A DNA stretch of 64,000 bases. Origin: Eledone cirrhosa (taxonomy: Eukaryota). This document shows positions 1 to 12,000 of this stretch, piece after piece. The stretch's first letter is position 1. The number at the start of each line of letters is the position of its first letter. Below the pieces are notes generated by a model. The model was not told the origin of the DNA and searched no databases. It saw only the letters and a program-made list of their open reading frames with translations. The position numbers and the translations under genes were made by a program. Location of the stretch: assembly GCA_964016885.1 (NCBI GenBank), contig OZ024743.1:75826001-75890000 (forward strand). Reading direction: 5' to 3'.

Positions 1-342
1 GACGTCAAGATGTTAGCAACGACGTCTAGTTGTCAGTAACGACATCTAGATGTTGGCAACGTCTAGATGTTAGTAACGACGTCAAGATGTTAGCAACGAC
101 GTCTAGATGTTGGCAACAACGTCTAGATGTTAGCAACGACATCAAGATGTTAGTAACGACGTCTAGATGTCATAACGACGTCTAGATGTTAGCGACGACG
201 TCTAGATGTTAGTAACGACGTCTAGATGTTAGTAACGACGTCTAGATGTAGTAACGACGTCTAGATGTTAGCAACGACGTCTAGATGTCAGTAACGACGT
301 CTAGATGTCAGTAACGACATCTAGATGTCAGTCTAGATGTTA
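1..342. repeat. 20-bp minisatellite (GTCTAGATGTTAGTAACGAC)n, about 17 copies, truncated by the window start
   Basis: Clear 20-nt period at 181-240. The unit core is quasi-palindromic, and GACATCTAGATGTC near 316-329 is a perfect palindrome. Confidence 0.9.
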
Positions 343-420
343 ACTTTTCATATTCCCCAGTCTCCCCATTCCATTTTCAGTTGTTTGACTGGTACAAGGG
401 AGATAGATAGATAGATAGAT

Positions 421-910
421 ATGTTTCTTTATTAGCCACAGGGGCACAAAAGAAGGGGACAATAAAAACGTGTATAATGTTATCACAAATGGAATTTAAA
501 AATTAATCGATTTTCCCCAATAGGGGGAGACAGTTTATATGTAACACATACCCCCGAAAAATTGTGCAACCCTCGTCTCCAGGAGTACGAAGAGTTTGTA
601 CTCCTTTCCTCTCCTCCTCCTTTTCCTCAACCTACAGGCTGATATAGAGAGAAGGCCCATTCACTCGGGCCATTCTCGCCACTTTCACCCACCTTTCATA
701 AAACTTGCTGGGGTACAGCACCTCTCTCTCCATCCTGATTCTTCTTCCAAAGTGGTATTTGAAAAAAAGAATCAGTTGTTGGCAGGAGAGAAAGGTGTCT
801 GACCTCAGCCCTTTCAACCTTGTCCACCATACAACCTCTTTCGCCATAGCTATCACACAAAGGAAAACCGCCTCTCCTTCGCTTTTGAAGGAGGGTGGCG
901 GTTTGATCAT
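421..910 (-). mobile_element. 5'-truncated Tx1/L1-type non-LTR retrotransposon (ORF2 C-terminus + 3'UTR) inserted in (GATA)n
   Basis: ORF 632-910(-) (PPPSFKSEGEAVFLCVIAMAKEVVWWTRLKGL...ERWVKVARMARVNGP) aligns without gaps to the last ~90 aa of ORF2 at 9049-12468. The 3' end is ...TGTGGCTAATAAAGAAACAT, and GATA repeats flank both sides (401-420, 911 onward). Confidence 0.9.
632..910 (-). pseudogene. C-terminal fragment of a Tx1-type ORF2
   Basis: Direct similarity to the ORF2 C-terminus elsewhere in this window. The stop codon is at the equivalent position. Confidence 0.85.
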
Positions 911-1106
911 GATAGATAAATAGATAGATAGATAGATAGTAGATAGATAGTAGATAGATAGTTAGCTATAGATAGATAGATAGTAGATAGATAGAGAGAT
1001 AGATAGTAGATAGATAGATAGATAGATAGATAGTAGATAGATAGTAGATAGATAGATAGATAGATAGATAGTAGATAGATAGTAGATAGATAGTAGATAT
1101 ATATAT

Positions 1107-1137
<31 letters not shown>

Positions 1138-1529
1138 TAGATAGATAGTAGATAGATAGATAGACAGATAGATAGATAGAGAGTAGATAGATAGATAGAT
1201 AGTAGATAGATAGTAGATATATAGATAGTAGATAGATAGATAGTAGATATATATATATATAGATAGATAGATAGAGAGAGAGAGTGAGTGAGAGAGAGAG
1301 GTGGGAATGGAAAGAGATAGAAATTGAGAGAGAGGAAGAGAGGTAGAGGAGAGAGAGAGGGGGAGGAAGAGAGAGTGGGAGAGAGAGGAAGTGTGTACGT
1401 ATGTGTGTGTGTGTGCGTGTGTGTGTGTGTTTGTGTAAATGTATGTGTGTGAGTGAGTGTGTGTGTGTGTGTATGTGAGTGTGTATGTGTGTGTATGTGT
1501 GTGTGTGTGCTTGTGTGCGTGCGTGTGCT

Positions 1530-1565
<36 letters not shown>

Positions 1566-1600
1566 TGTGTATGTGGGTGTGTGTGAGTGTGTGTTATATG
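911..1600. repeat. Compound microsatellite (GATA)n/(GA)n/(GT)n
   Basis: Seen directly. Confidence 0.95.
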
Positions 1601-1682
1601 TGTGAGAATGGTGGCGAAACTCAATTACAGCAGAGGTCTTTTAAGATCAAACTTAAACAGTTTCTCCATCACATGAAGAAAT

Positions 1683-2008
1683 GGTAGTAGTAGTAGTAGT
1701 AACAGTAGTAGTAGTAGTAGTTGTAGTAGTAGTAGTAGTAGTAGCAGTAGTAGTAGCAGTAGTAGTAGTAGTTGTAGTAGTAGTAGTAGCAGCAGTAGTA
1801 GTAGTAGCAGTAGTAGTAGTAGTAGTTGTAGTAGTTGTAGTAGTTGTAGTAGTAGCAGTAGTAGTAGTTGTAGTAGTAGCAGTAGTAGTAGCAGTAATAG
1901 TAGTAGTAGTAGTTGTAGTGGTAGCAGTAGTAGTAGTAGTAGTAGTGGTAGTAGCAGCAGTGGTAGTGGTAGTGGTAGTGGTAGTAGTAGCAGCAGTAGT
2001 AGTAGTAA

Positions 2009-2039
<31 letters not shown>

Positions 2040-2108
2040 TGTAGTAGCAGCAGCAACAGCAGCAGCAGCAGTAGTAGCAGCAGTAGCGGTAGTAGTAGCA
2101 GTAGCAGC
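1683..2108. repeat. (GTA)n/(GCA)n trinucleotide microsatellite
   Basis: Seen directly. Confidence 0.95.
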
Positions 2109-2129
2109 TGTATGAACAGTTACAGAGTC

Positions 2130-2137
2130 TATCTATC

Positions 2138-2169
<32 letters not shown>

Positions 2170-2222
2170 CAGAAGTAGACTACGCAACTTGTGGTGTATG
2201 TGTGTGTATATAAATACGTATG

Positions 2223-2321
<99 letters not shown>

Positions 2322-2520
2322 ATCAATGAATGTATGTATCAATGAACTTATGTATGTTCGCATTTATGTGTGCATATATATATATGCACACATATATACA
2401 CACACATAAATACATACACCCACATACATACATACACATACATATATACATACATACACACACATACACATACACATACACACATACATATATACATACA
2501 TACATACACACACACACACT
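2130..2520. repeat. (TA)n/(CA)n/(TACA)n compound microsatellite
   Basis: Seen directly. Confidence 0.9.
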
Positions 2521-2747
2521 GGAACGTTTTGCTATCGTCTGCTTTTTTACATTTCCTCTGTCTCAATTTTTTTCTTCTTTTGCTTAAGAGAAGAAAATAA
2601 AATAAGGGTCTCCTTTCATCTATTTTTGCCGACATCTTAATTTTTTTTTAATCTTTATATTCTAGTTGTGGTGGGAAGGGACGCAATTGTACCCCAGTTT
2701 AGATTACATCCAGCCGTCTTTGCTACAACACCAACATTCAGTGATTC

Positions 2748-3425
2748 CACTACCAGCTACCACCACCACCGTTACTACCACCAACACTACCATCACCACC
2801 ATCACCACTACCACTACCAGCCACCACTACCACCACTACCACTACCAACACTACCATCAGCACCACCAACACCACCACTGCCACCACCACTACCACCACC
2901 ATTACCGTCAGCAACACCATCAATAGCACCACCACCATCAATACTATCACCACCATCATCTCAATACTGCCACCACCACTACCAGCCACCGTCACCACCA
3001 CTACCACCATGCCCCCACCATCAGTACTACCAGCACCAGCACCACCGTCACCACCACTAACACCTACGACAGCAACAACAGCAGCAACTGCAGCAACAAT
3101 AACAGCCACAACAATAACAACTACAACAACAACAGCGGTAACAACAACACCGGCACCGCCAAAATTGTGGGGGGGGGGCACTAACATATCCGCCACTGCC
3201 TTTACCCCCTCCCCCCACACACACACACACTACCACCAACCCCACCATCAACATCATCGCAGCCCTCGTCGCTACAAACGAAATGCCACCGCCACCGCCA
3301 CCACCACCACCGCCACTTCCACCACTACCACCACCACCACCACCACCACCACCATCATCATCCCAGCCCTCGTCTCTACAAACGAAATACCACCACCACC
3401 ACCACCACCATCACCAACACCAAAC
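2748..3425. repeat. Degenerate (CAC)n/(CAA)n trinucleotide low-complexity tract
   Basis: Seen directly. It explains the poly-H/P/T ORFs. Confidence 0.9.
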
Positions 3426-3691
3426 ACAGACATCAAAGCTACGATTGGCACCAAGTATCAACTCTCGTAGAAATATGCGTTAGGAACGGCATTTGCTGGG
3501 AATTAACTGGTCACAATATTTGGTTCTTGCTTAGCTCGCCACTAAATCTTCCTAATAACGGCCATCTTTCTTTGTTGATTACAATCACCTTTCCTCGTTT
3601 ACCTGTCTTACCTGTTACGTAATATACACACACGTGTGTGTATGAAATTATTGACTGTTGATCGTACGAAGAATACTTGATTAATATTTGT

Positions 3692-4254
3692 ACATTCTAA
3701 CACAAGAACTGCAGATCTGTAAAGACATGGACATCTAACACAAGAACTGCAGATCTGTAAAGACATGGACATCTAACACAAGAACTGCAGATCTGTAAAG
3801 ACACCATGGACATCTAACACAAGAACTGCAGATCTGTAAAGACACCATGGACATCTAATACAAGACCTGCAGATCTGTAAAGACATGGACATCTAACACA
3901 AGAACTGCAGATCTGTAAAGACACCATGGACATCTAACACAAGACCTGCAGATCTGTAAAGACATGGACATCTAACACAAGAACTGCAGATCTGTAAAGA
4001 CACCATGGACATCTAACACAAGAACTGCAGATCTGTAAAGACATGGACATCTAACACAAGAACTGCAGATATGTAAAGACATGGACATCTAATACAAGAA
4101 CTGCAGATCTGTAAAGACACCATGGACATCTAACACAAGAACTGCAGATCTGTAAAGACACCATGGGCATCTAACACAAGACCTGCAGATCTGTAAAGAC
4201 ACCATGGACATCTAACACAAGAACTGCAGATCTGTAAAGACAACATGGACATCT
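3692..4254. repeat. Minisatellite with 38- and 41-bp units (ATGGACATCTAACACAAGAACTGCAGATCTGTAAAGAC +/- ACC), about 14 copies
   Basis: ATGG starts at 3727, 3765 (+38) and 3806 (+41). Copies are near-identical. Confidence 0.95.
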
Positions 4255-4719
4255 TTGAACTGTTGCTACAGTGTCAGACTTGAGCCGGCTCAGGAAGACT
4301 GTTTTTTCTGTCCATATCAAGCATCAAATTTAAAACAGAGAGAGAGAGAGTTACAGGAGTGTTTGAGGACCCCCGCACCCTCTCGGGAATAAATGAGCGA
4401 AAAAGAAGAAAAAGAAGACAGTTACAGACAGATAAGTAGAGTGAGAGAAAATGATAGGGTAAGAGATAGATAGGGTAAGAGATAGAGTTATAGAGAAAGA
4501 GACAGAGAGAGGAATTATGAGATAAACATTGGAAATTGAACAACAGGAACAGCAATCAAAACAACCGAACCAGCAGCAGTAGCAGCAGTAACAACAGCAA
4601 CAACAGCACTAGCAGCAACATCATCATCATCATCATCAACAGCGGTAAGGTAAGATATAGTTATTTGTTGAATACTTCGTATTATTTGTTTTTCAATGTT
4701 TCATATTTTGACAATATTT

Positions 4720-5460
4720 TACATCACGCACACAACGTAAATATACACATATATATATATATATATATATACACTCTTGTATAATCATGTTGACATACAC
4801 ATACATATACACGCACACAACGTAAATATACACATATATATATATATATATACACACTCATATATATACACACTCTTGTATAATCATGTTGACATACACA
4901 TACATATACACGCACACAACGTAAATATACACATATATATATACACACTCTTGTATAATATACACGCACACAACATAACATACACATACATATACACACA
5001 CACAACGTAAATATACACATATATATATATATATATACACACTCTTGTATAATCATGTTGACATACACATACATATACACGCACACAAGTAAATATGCAC
5101 ACATATATATATACACACTCTTGTATAATCATGTTGACATACACATACATATACACGCACACAAGTAAATATACACACATATATATATACACACTCTTGT
5201 ATAATCATGTTGACATACACATTCATATACACGCACACAACGTAAATATACACACATATATATATATATATACACTTTTGTATAATCATGTTGACACATA
5301 CACATACATATACACACACACAACGTAAATATACACATATATATATATACACTTTTGTATAATCATGTTGACATACACATACATATACACGCACGCAAGC
5401 AAATATACACATATATACACACTCTTGTATAACCATGTTGGCGTACACATACACAAGCAA

Positions 5461-5556
<96 letters not shown>

Positions 5557-5680
5557 TCTCTTGTTGACAGCACTAGCAGAATCATCATCATCACATATAC
5601 ATATACACACACTACACAAATATACACTTATATACACTCTCTTGTATAATCATGTTGACACATACATATACATATACGCA
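4720..5680. repeat. Variable-length minisatellite (~65-85 bp) with core CACTCTTGTATAATCATGTTGACATACAC and embedded (TA)n/(CA)n
   Basis: The core recurs about 10 times. Unit length varies with the internal (TA)n. Confidence 0.85.
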
Positions 5681-5688
5681 CTCACACA

Positions 5689-5690
<2 letters not shown>

Positions 5691-5750
<60 letters not shown>

Positions 5751-5809
5751 GAAAGAGAGAGAGTGTGTGTGTGAGAGAGCGAGAGAGAGAGAGGGAAAGA
5801 CAGAGAGAC

Positions 5810-5842
<33 letters not shown>

Positions 5843-5885
5843 AAGAAAGAGAGACATAGATAGATAGATAGAGAGAGAGAGAGGA
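5691..5885. repeat. (GA)n/(GATA)n microsatellite
   Basis: Seen directly. Confidence 0.9.
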
Positions 5886-5994
5886 GGCGAGACTAAAAAA
5901 AAGATTTACGGAAAAAGAGCAAATTCTTGACACATGTAGTCCAACCTTTGGTGAGATTTTATATTGTATGGTTCCATCAAACATTCAAAGACAA

Positions 5995-6110
5995 ATTCAA
6001 CCCCACCACCTCTGTGGAACATAGGCCACTGACGAGCCTCCACCATCGTACACGACCCTGGGATTTTCTCGACACTCCATTGCCTTCCAGTTTTCTTAAT
6101 CCTATAGCAT
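5995..6110 (-). mobile_element. Degraded 3' fragment of an RTE-clade LINE
   Basis: The minus strand reads SQGRVRWWRLVSGLCSTE, resembling the RTE ORF C-terminal motif AQDRxxWRxxVxALC. Confidence 0.5.
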
Positions 6111-6374
6111 TTACATTATTCTATATTTACTATTGGATTTTGTGGTAAAGGCTTTATCTTACATAATTGTGTGTGACAGCTCACACCTATGTGTGTATGT
6201 GTGTGTGTGTTACAGCTCATACCTATGTGTGTGTGACAGCTCACACCTATGTGTGTGTGTGTGTGTGTGTGTGTGTTACAGCTCACACCTATGCAGGTTT
6301 AGCTGACCTCCTCCAAGGTATATTTCGTTGGATGTGTCTTGGGTGATTTAATGATAGGGACCCTAGTCCTATCA

Positions 6375-6520
6375 TCTCATTTCTATAGCTGAGTAAACTG
6401 GAGCAACGTGAAATAAAGTGTCTTGCTCAACGAAACAACACATCACCCGGTCCGAGAATTGAACTCACAACCTTTCGATTGCAAGCCCAATGCTCTAACC
6501 ACTAAGCGATGTGCCTTCAC
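6375..6520 (-). mobile_element. tRNA-derived SINE (family A), 5' part
   Basis: Minus strand shows GTGAAGGCACATCGCTTAGTGG (A box), GAGTTCAATTCTC (B box), then a TTGAGCAAGACACTTTATTTCAC CORE-like block. A homologous copy lies at 22760-22882. Confidence 0.75.
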
Positions 6521-6589
6521 TTACATAAATACCTCACATAATATCGAATCTACAAGATTTTGATATTATTTATTTTGAGAACAATACTT

Positions 6590-6684
6590 TAATGTGTGCA
6601 TGAGCGGCCGGTTACGCCAGTTTGAACAGAAAGAGGTAAGAAAATTCTGGCCGGATATGGCCGGTTTAAATGCTAAAGGGCTAA
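6590..6684. mobile_element. Possible terminus of a TTAA-type (piggyBac-like) MITE
   Basis: Ends GGCCGGATATGGCCGGTTTAAATGCTAAAGGG-CTAA, a GGG/TTAA-like end. No matching left terminus was found. Confidence 0.35.
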
Positions 6685-6754
6685 ATATGGTTTGGTATAA
6701 AAGAAAAAGAAGAAAATATGAAGGTTTATTTGAAGACAAACTTTAACCGTTTTG

Positions 6755-6933
6755 TTACTGAGCATTAGAGGGTCGGACGCCATGCTTTCCAGCATAGTTA
6801 CGTCCCTTTATGTTCTGAGTTCAAATCCCGCCAAGGTTAACTTTGCCTTTCATCCTTACGAGGTCGATAAAATAAAGTACCAGTAATGTACTGCTTAATT
6901 GCTGGCCTTGTGCCAAAAGTAGAAACAATTATT
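6755..6933 (+). mobile_element. tRNA-derived SINE (family B; Deu/Nin-like central core)
   Basis: B box GAGTTCAAATCC, core CTTTGCCTTTCATCCTTACGAGGTCGATAAAATAAAGTACCAG, and 3' end TGGCCTTGTGCCAAAAGTAGAAACAATTATT. Other copies lie at 20918-21018 and 23090-23262. Confidence 0.8.
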
Positions 6934-6959
6934 CCGAAAACATTTGAAAACCAGAATTG

Positions 6960-7125
6960 TAGTTGAATTGTGGCATCAGTAGAACGAAGAATACCTTGAA
7001 TTCATACTTTGCCTTTCACGTTTCTGGGCTCAATAGAGAAAAAGTGTCATGGAATTGAGTTCCCCTACCTATCATCAACAGCTCAAAAGTATATGTGGCC
7101 TTCGGCCTATGCTAGAAATTATAAT
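6960..7125 (+). mobile_element. Older diverged family-B-like SINE
   Basis: ACTTTGCCTTTCACGTTTCTGGGCTCAATAG core and GGCCTTCGGCC...AGAAATTATAAT 3' end. Confidence 0.55.
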
Positions 7126-7305
7126 GTAAAAACGTTTAGACAGTAAAGAGTTATATGTTTACCTTGTGTAGAGGTTTCCGGTTTACATGTTTCCGTGGCA
7201 ATTAACCAGGAATAAAATCTCTTTTATATTGTAATCGTTCTTCTTCTTTGTTTTTCCTCCTTTTCAGGTCGATAAAAAAACAATCACTCCAGTATTGATG
7301 TCAAT

Positions 7306-7329
7306 TCTTCTTCTTCTTCTTCTTCTTCT

Positions 7330-7364
<35 letters not shown>

Positions 7365-7700
7365 TCTTTTCCCCACTCTCTCTCTCTCTCTCATTATCCC
7401 CCCTCTCTCTCTTTCCCACTCTCTCTCTTTCTCATTATCTCTTTTCCATTCTCTCTCTTTCACATTTTCTTTCTCGCCTTCTCTTTCTGTTTCCCATTTC
7501 TCTCTCTCCCACTCTCTCTTTCTCTCTCGTTTCCTTTCTCCCCCCTCTCTCTCTCTTTCCATTTTCTTCCAACTACTCTCTCTTTCACATTTTCTCTCTC
7601 ACTCTCTCTTTCGTTTCCTTTCTCCCCCCTCTCTCTTTCCCTTTTCCTCTCCTCCACTCTCTCTTCGCGCTTTCCTCTTTTCTCTCTCTCTCACACTTCC
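7306..7700. repeat. (CTT)n/(CT)n polypyrimidine tract with an internal duplication
   Basis: Seen directly. TCTCGTTTCCTTTCTCCCCCCTCTCTCT occurs twice. Confidence 0.85.
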
Positions 7701-7941
7701 TCTTTATCCAGGTTTAAAAAAAAAAATCTCCAAGAGATGTGGTGTCCCTACGACTCCAGCAACAGTTAAGTGTCCTTACAAACATGATTGTTGTTATTTT
7801 TGATACTTTATTAATACAGCGTTCTGAAATACAAATTATAGCTGTTGTTGTTATTGCTTAGCCGCAGGTCAGTTCTGACCTAGCTGATCTATTCTTAAGT
7901 CGATATATAAATTTGAGCGACTTCCATTCGTCCGTCACACA

Positions 7942-7942
<1 letters not shown>

Positions 7943-7993
<51 letters not shown>

Positions 7994-8360
7994 ATGTATG
8001 TGTGTGTAAAAGGAAGTAAGCGAATGGTGAAATAACTATAGCATAACAGCGGCTGGCGTTCAATTTGCTACGCTGTGTGTGAGGGCATGTGTGTGTGTGT
8101 TTGTGTAAATGTATGATTGTGTGTGTGTGCGTGTGCGTGTGTGAATGTATGTGTGTGTAAAAGAAAGTAAGCGGACGGTGAAATAACTATAGCATAACAG
8201 CGGCTGGCGTTCAATTTGCTACGCTGTGTGTGAGAGCATGTGTGTGTGTGTGTTTGTGTAAATGCATGCGTGTGTAAAAGGAAGGAAGCGGATGGTGAAA
8301 TAACTATAGCAAAACAGTAGCTGGCGTTCCATTTGTTACGCTGTGTGTGAGTGTATGTGT
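7943..8360. repeat. Three copies of a ~75-bp unit (AAAGGAAGTAAGCGAATGGTGAAATAACTATAGC...CTACGCTGTGTGTGAG) separated by (GT)n
   Basis: Copies at about 8008, 8159 and 8276. Confidence 0.85.
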
Positions 8361-8460
8361 AAATGTATGTCTGTGAGTGTGTATTTTTGTAAGTGTGTCT
8401 GTGTTTGCCCGTTTATATTTATATACTCATTTTAATGGCTGTAAGTTGAGATAGATGCGT

Positions 8461-8491
8461 CTACTACTACTGCTAATGCTACTACTACTAT

Positions 8492-8532
<41 letters not shown>

Positions 8533-8559
8533 ATAATAATACTCTAACTACTACTGCTG

Positions 8560-8609
<50 letters not shown>

Positions 8610-8617
8610 GCTGCTGT

Positions 8618-8653
<36 letters not shown>

Positions 8654-8688
8654 AACTACAACTACTACTACTACTGCTGCTGCTGCTG

Positions 8689-8738
<50 letters not shown>

Positions 8739-8748
8739 GCTGCTGCTG

Positions 8749-8781
<33 letters not shown>

Positions 8782-8795
8782 ATAATAATAATAAT
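8461..8795. repeat. (TAC/TGC)n microsatellite ending in (AAT)5; left half of the insertion site
   Basis: AATAATAATAATAAT at 8781-8795 abuts the element 3' end. Confidence 0.95.
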
Positions 8796-9048
8796 GATTT
8801 CATTTATTGGCCACAAGGGCCGACATATAGGGGACAACACAATAGACAGGGACAGTGGGGGTTTACATAGAGATCGAGTAAGTATAAATAACAAAAAAAC
8901 AAAATAACAATAAAAATACAACAATGAAAGTTCCCCAATAAGAGGGATCACCACCCAGGGTTGACTCAAGCACCCCACCAGTCCTGAGCCACCCGACGCT
9001 CCTAGGGCACCCGGGAAGGGCACCCCTCTCCTTCTCGAATTCACCAGC

Positions 9049-12000
9049 CTACAGGCGCATGATCAGAGTAGGCCCACTCACGCGGGCCATTCTCGCCACA
9101 TTCACCCACCTTTCAGTAAATGTACTGGGGGGCAGCACTTCTCTCTCCACCCTCACCTTCCTTTCCAAGTGAAACTTGAAGAAGTTGATGAGGGATTGGC
9201 CGAAGAGAAAAGTGTCTGTCTTCAGTCCTTTCAACCTGGTCCACCATGCAACCTCTTTCGCTACTGCCACCAGGCAGAGGAAAATTGCCTGCCCTTCCTG
9301 ACCAAAAGAAGGCGGCGGGTCAATCTTCACTATGGACTCGGACGATAGCCGGATCCGTTCTACACGCGACAATAGCTGTTCGACATAACCCCACAAGTCA
9401 GCAATGCACGGACACTGGACGAGTGCGTGCAGAACGGTTTCGTCGCTCTGCGCGCATCTCGGGCAGGTTCGTCTGACAGCACTTCCGTGCCTGTAGAGTT
9501 TATCCCGAACCGGCAGCGCCCCCCGGTAGCACTGCCAAGCGAGGGATTTCTGGAAGTTATCCATCGTCCCCGGCTCGAAAGTCCTCCGGAACATACTGGT
9601 CAGTTCTACTTCGTTGACGCCCAGAGCCTCTCCTAGTACGTCATCGCACTTGCCCTCCACTAATCCCCTATAGAAATCTTGAGTGGAAGTTCCACTGACC
9701 GCATTGCCCACCTTGCAGAGTGCAGTGAGCGCCTGGCAACATTCCAGATGCCAGTCGCCCAGTCTCGGTCTCTTCTTGACCCAGGACTGCAGCTCAGTCA
9801 AAGAGATGAGCTGCGGAAAGGCCCGTCTAACAAACGGCGACCACACCTGTTCACCGTTTAGGCAAAATATCTGGAGATGTCGCAGCCTCAGCGCATGTCT
9901 GCGCATCATTAGCCACGGCATGCCCAGCCCTCCACGAAGAGGGTGCTGGCAGCAGATGGACCGCCTCACCAACGGGACCCGTCCCCTCCACAAAAATTTG
10001 AAAAGAAGCCGTTCCAAATTGGCGAGGCGTGGACGGGGGCAAGGCACGACGGTCAGGCGGTAGTAGATGACGGACGCGATGTACGCGTTCGCCACCTCCG
10101 CCCGTCCTTTCAGTGATAGCTTTCTCTCAGCCCATTTCTGGGTGAGGTTGGCTATCCTGCTCGTCACCTCGTCCCAATTCTTATCCACCTGGAGGTCTGG
10201 TCCGAACCAAACCCCGAGCAACTTTACCGGTCCGTCTGTCCAGCGCCCAACGACGCTGTTGGACGGCATGGACTTGCCTCTCCAGGTGCCGAGCTGCAAG
10301 CCCACCGACTTTTCCGGGTTAAGTTTTGCTCCCGTCAACCTTTCATATTCCTCCAAATGGGTGCGGATCACCTCGATTTCCGAGGTGTCCGACACCATCA
10401 CGGTGATGTCGTCCGCATAAGCGGACGCAGCCTTTCTGCGTCCCGGTTCGAGCGGGATGCCCTGCAACAACTCCAGCTTCCGCAGTAGAGGCTCAAGAGT
10501 CAATACGTACAGAAGTGAGGAGAGAGGGCACCCTTGACGGACCGATCGAGAGATCTGAAACGGTTCCGAGAGGTGGCCATTAACTTTGACCACCGAGCGG
10601 ATGCCGCTGTACATTGCAGCGATCCAGCTTCTGAAGACGGGGCCGAAGCCAGCCGCCTCGAGGACAGCCTCCAAGTACCGATGGTCGACCCTATCGAATG
10701 CTTTCGATTGATCTAAATTGATCAGAGCCCCACCGAAGCCAGGTTTGCACCCAACCCTCTCTATGATGTATCGCATGAGGTGGAGGTTGTCGTGTATGGA
10801 CCTGGTCAGGATTGCGCAAGTTTGCGCCTCCCCAACCAAATCTTTGACGACAAGCGCCAACCTTTTCGCTAACACCTTCGCCAAAATCTTAAACTCTGTG
10901 TTGAGCAGGGTTATGGGCCTGAAATTATCTAGTGTGTCCCTCTTGTTCTCGTCTTTCCTTATCAGCGTCACTACGCCACGGCTCACAGAACTGGGAATGC
11001 TCCCGTTCTGCTGCCAGTTGCAGTAGAGCGCTTCGAGGAGATCGGAGAACAAGTCTGGCATATTTACGTAAAGCTCGTAGGGCAGACCATCCAAACCGGG
11101 TGACTTGCGACTCGAGCAGCCGACAAGGGCGTCCTGAATTTCGACTGATGTTATCGGCTCTTCGCAGCGCTCAGCGTCGGCCGTCGAGAGGCGTGGCAAG
11201 CCGTCGAGGTAGGGACTGAAGTCCGCCGCCGTCTCCGACTCACCCATCCTCCCGAACAATCGAGCAAAGTGCTGGCGAAAAGCCTCACACATCTGCTTGG
11301 AATCGCTCAGTTCGTGTCCATCTCGATCCGTCAAAGACCGAATTGTGGTTTTATTTCCACGCTGCGTCTCTGCAAAGCGAGCCCATCGGGCAGCTTTGGT
11401 TCCCTCGTTCCTCAGAGCACGCGCCTTAGCTCTGACAATGCAACCTTCGTGTTTCGCATTGAAGAAATGGTCTAGTGCCATTCTCGCCGCTAGCACGTCT
11501 GTTGCAATGCCACTACAAATAGCCTCGTCTAACTTAGCTATCAGCCCCTCCTCCTTTCTATTTTTCTCTATTGCTACTTCTTTGCTAAATCCTATCGAGG
11601 TTGCTCTAATCTCTCTTTTGAGTGCCCCCCACCACCTGTTGTTGACAACCCCCCCTGTCAACTTTTGCTTAACTAAGTTGTTGACCCGGTCCCTGTAAGC
11701 TTTACGTGCCGGAAACGACATGTTTAGCTTCCAGTAGCTAGGTCCTAACCTACGTGTCTTATCTAGGTCGACCATACAGATCACAAGCTTGTGATCTGAA
11801 TAGGCAACCGTTTTAAAATGTGGACATCCTACACTATTTCTATCTCTTTTCCTAATGAAAATCCTATCTATGTACGATCTAGATGACCCTATGCGATTGG
11901 TCCAGGTCCATACTGGCGCATTAGGGAAATCTAGTCGGTACCTGTCAGACAGTTGAAACTGGCTGATCAGGTACTTGAGGCTTTTGCATCCCCCGCTCCT

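Noticed and set aside
2640-2750. Possible host exon after an acceptor-like TTCTAG (also acceptor-like at 7267, donor-like at 4650 and 7160)
   Set aside because: No consistent exon chain or recognisable protein. This needs transcript data.
6400-6520. tRNA gene
   Set aside because: A/B boxes are present but there is no intact cloverleaf, and the sequence continues into a SINE body.
962-8803. Many low-complexity ORFs (poly-V/L/H/T/YI/ER)
   Set aside because: They are translations of microsatellites.
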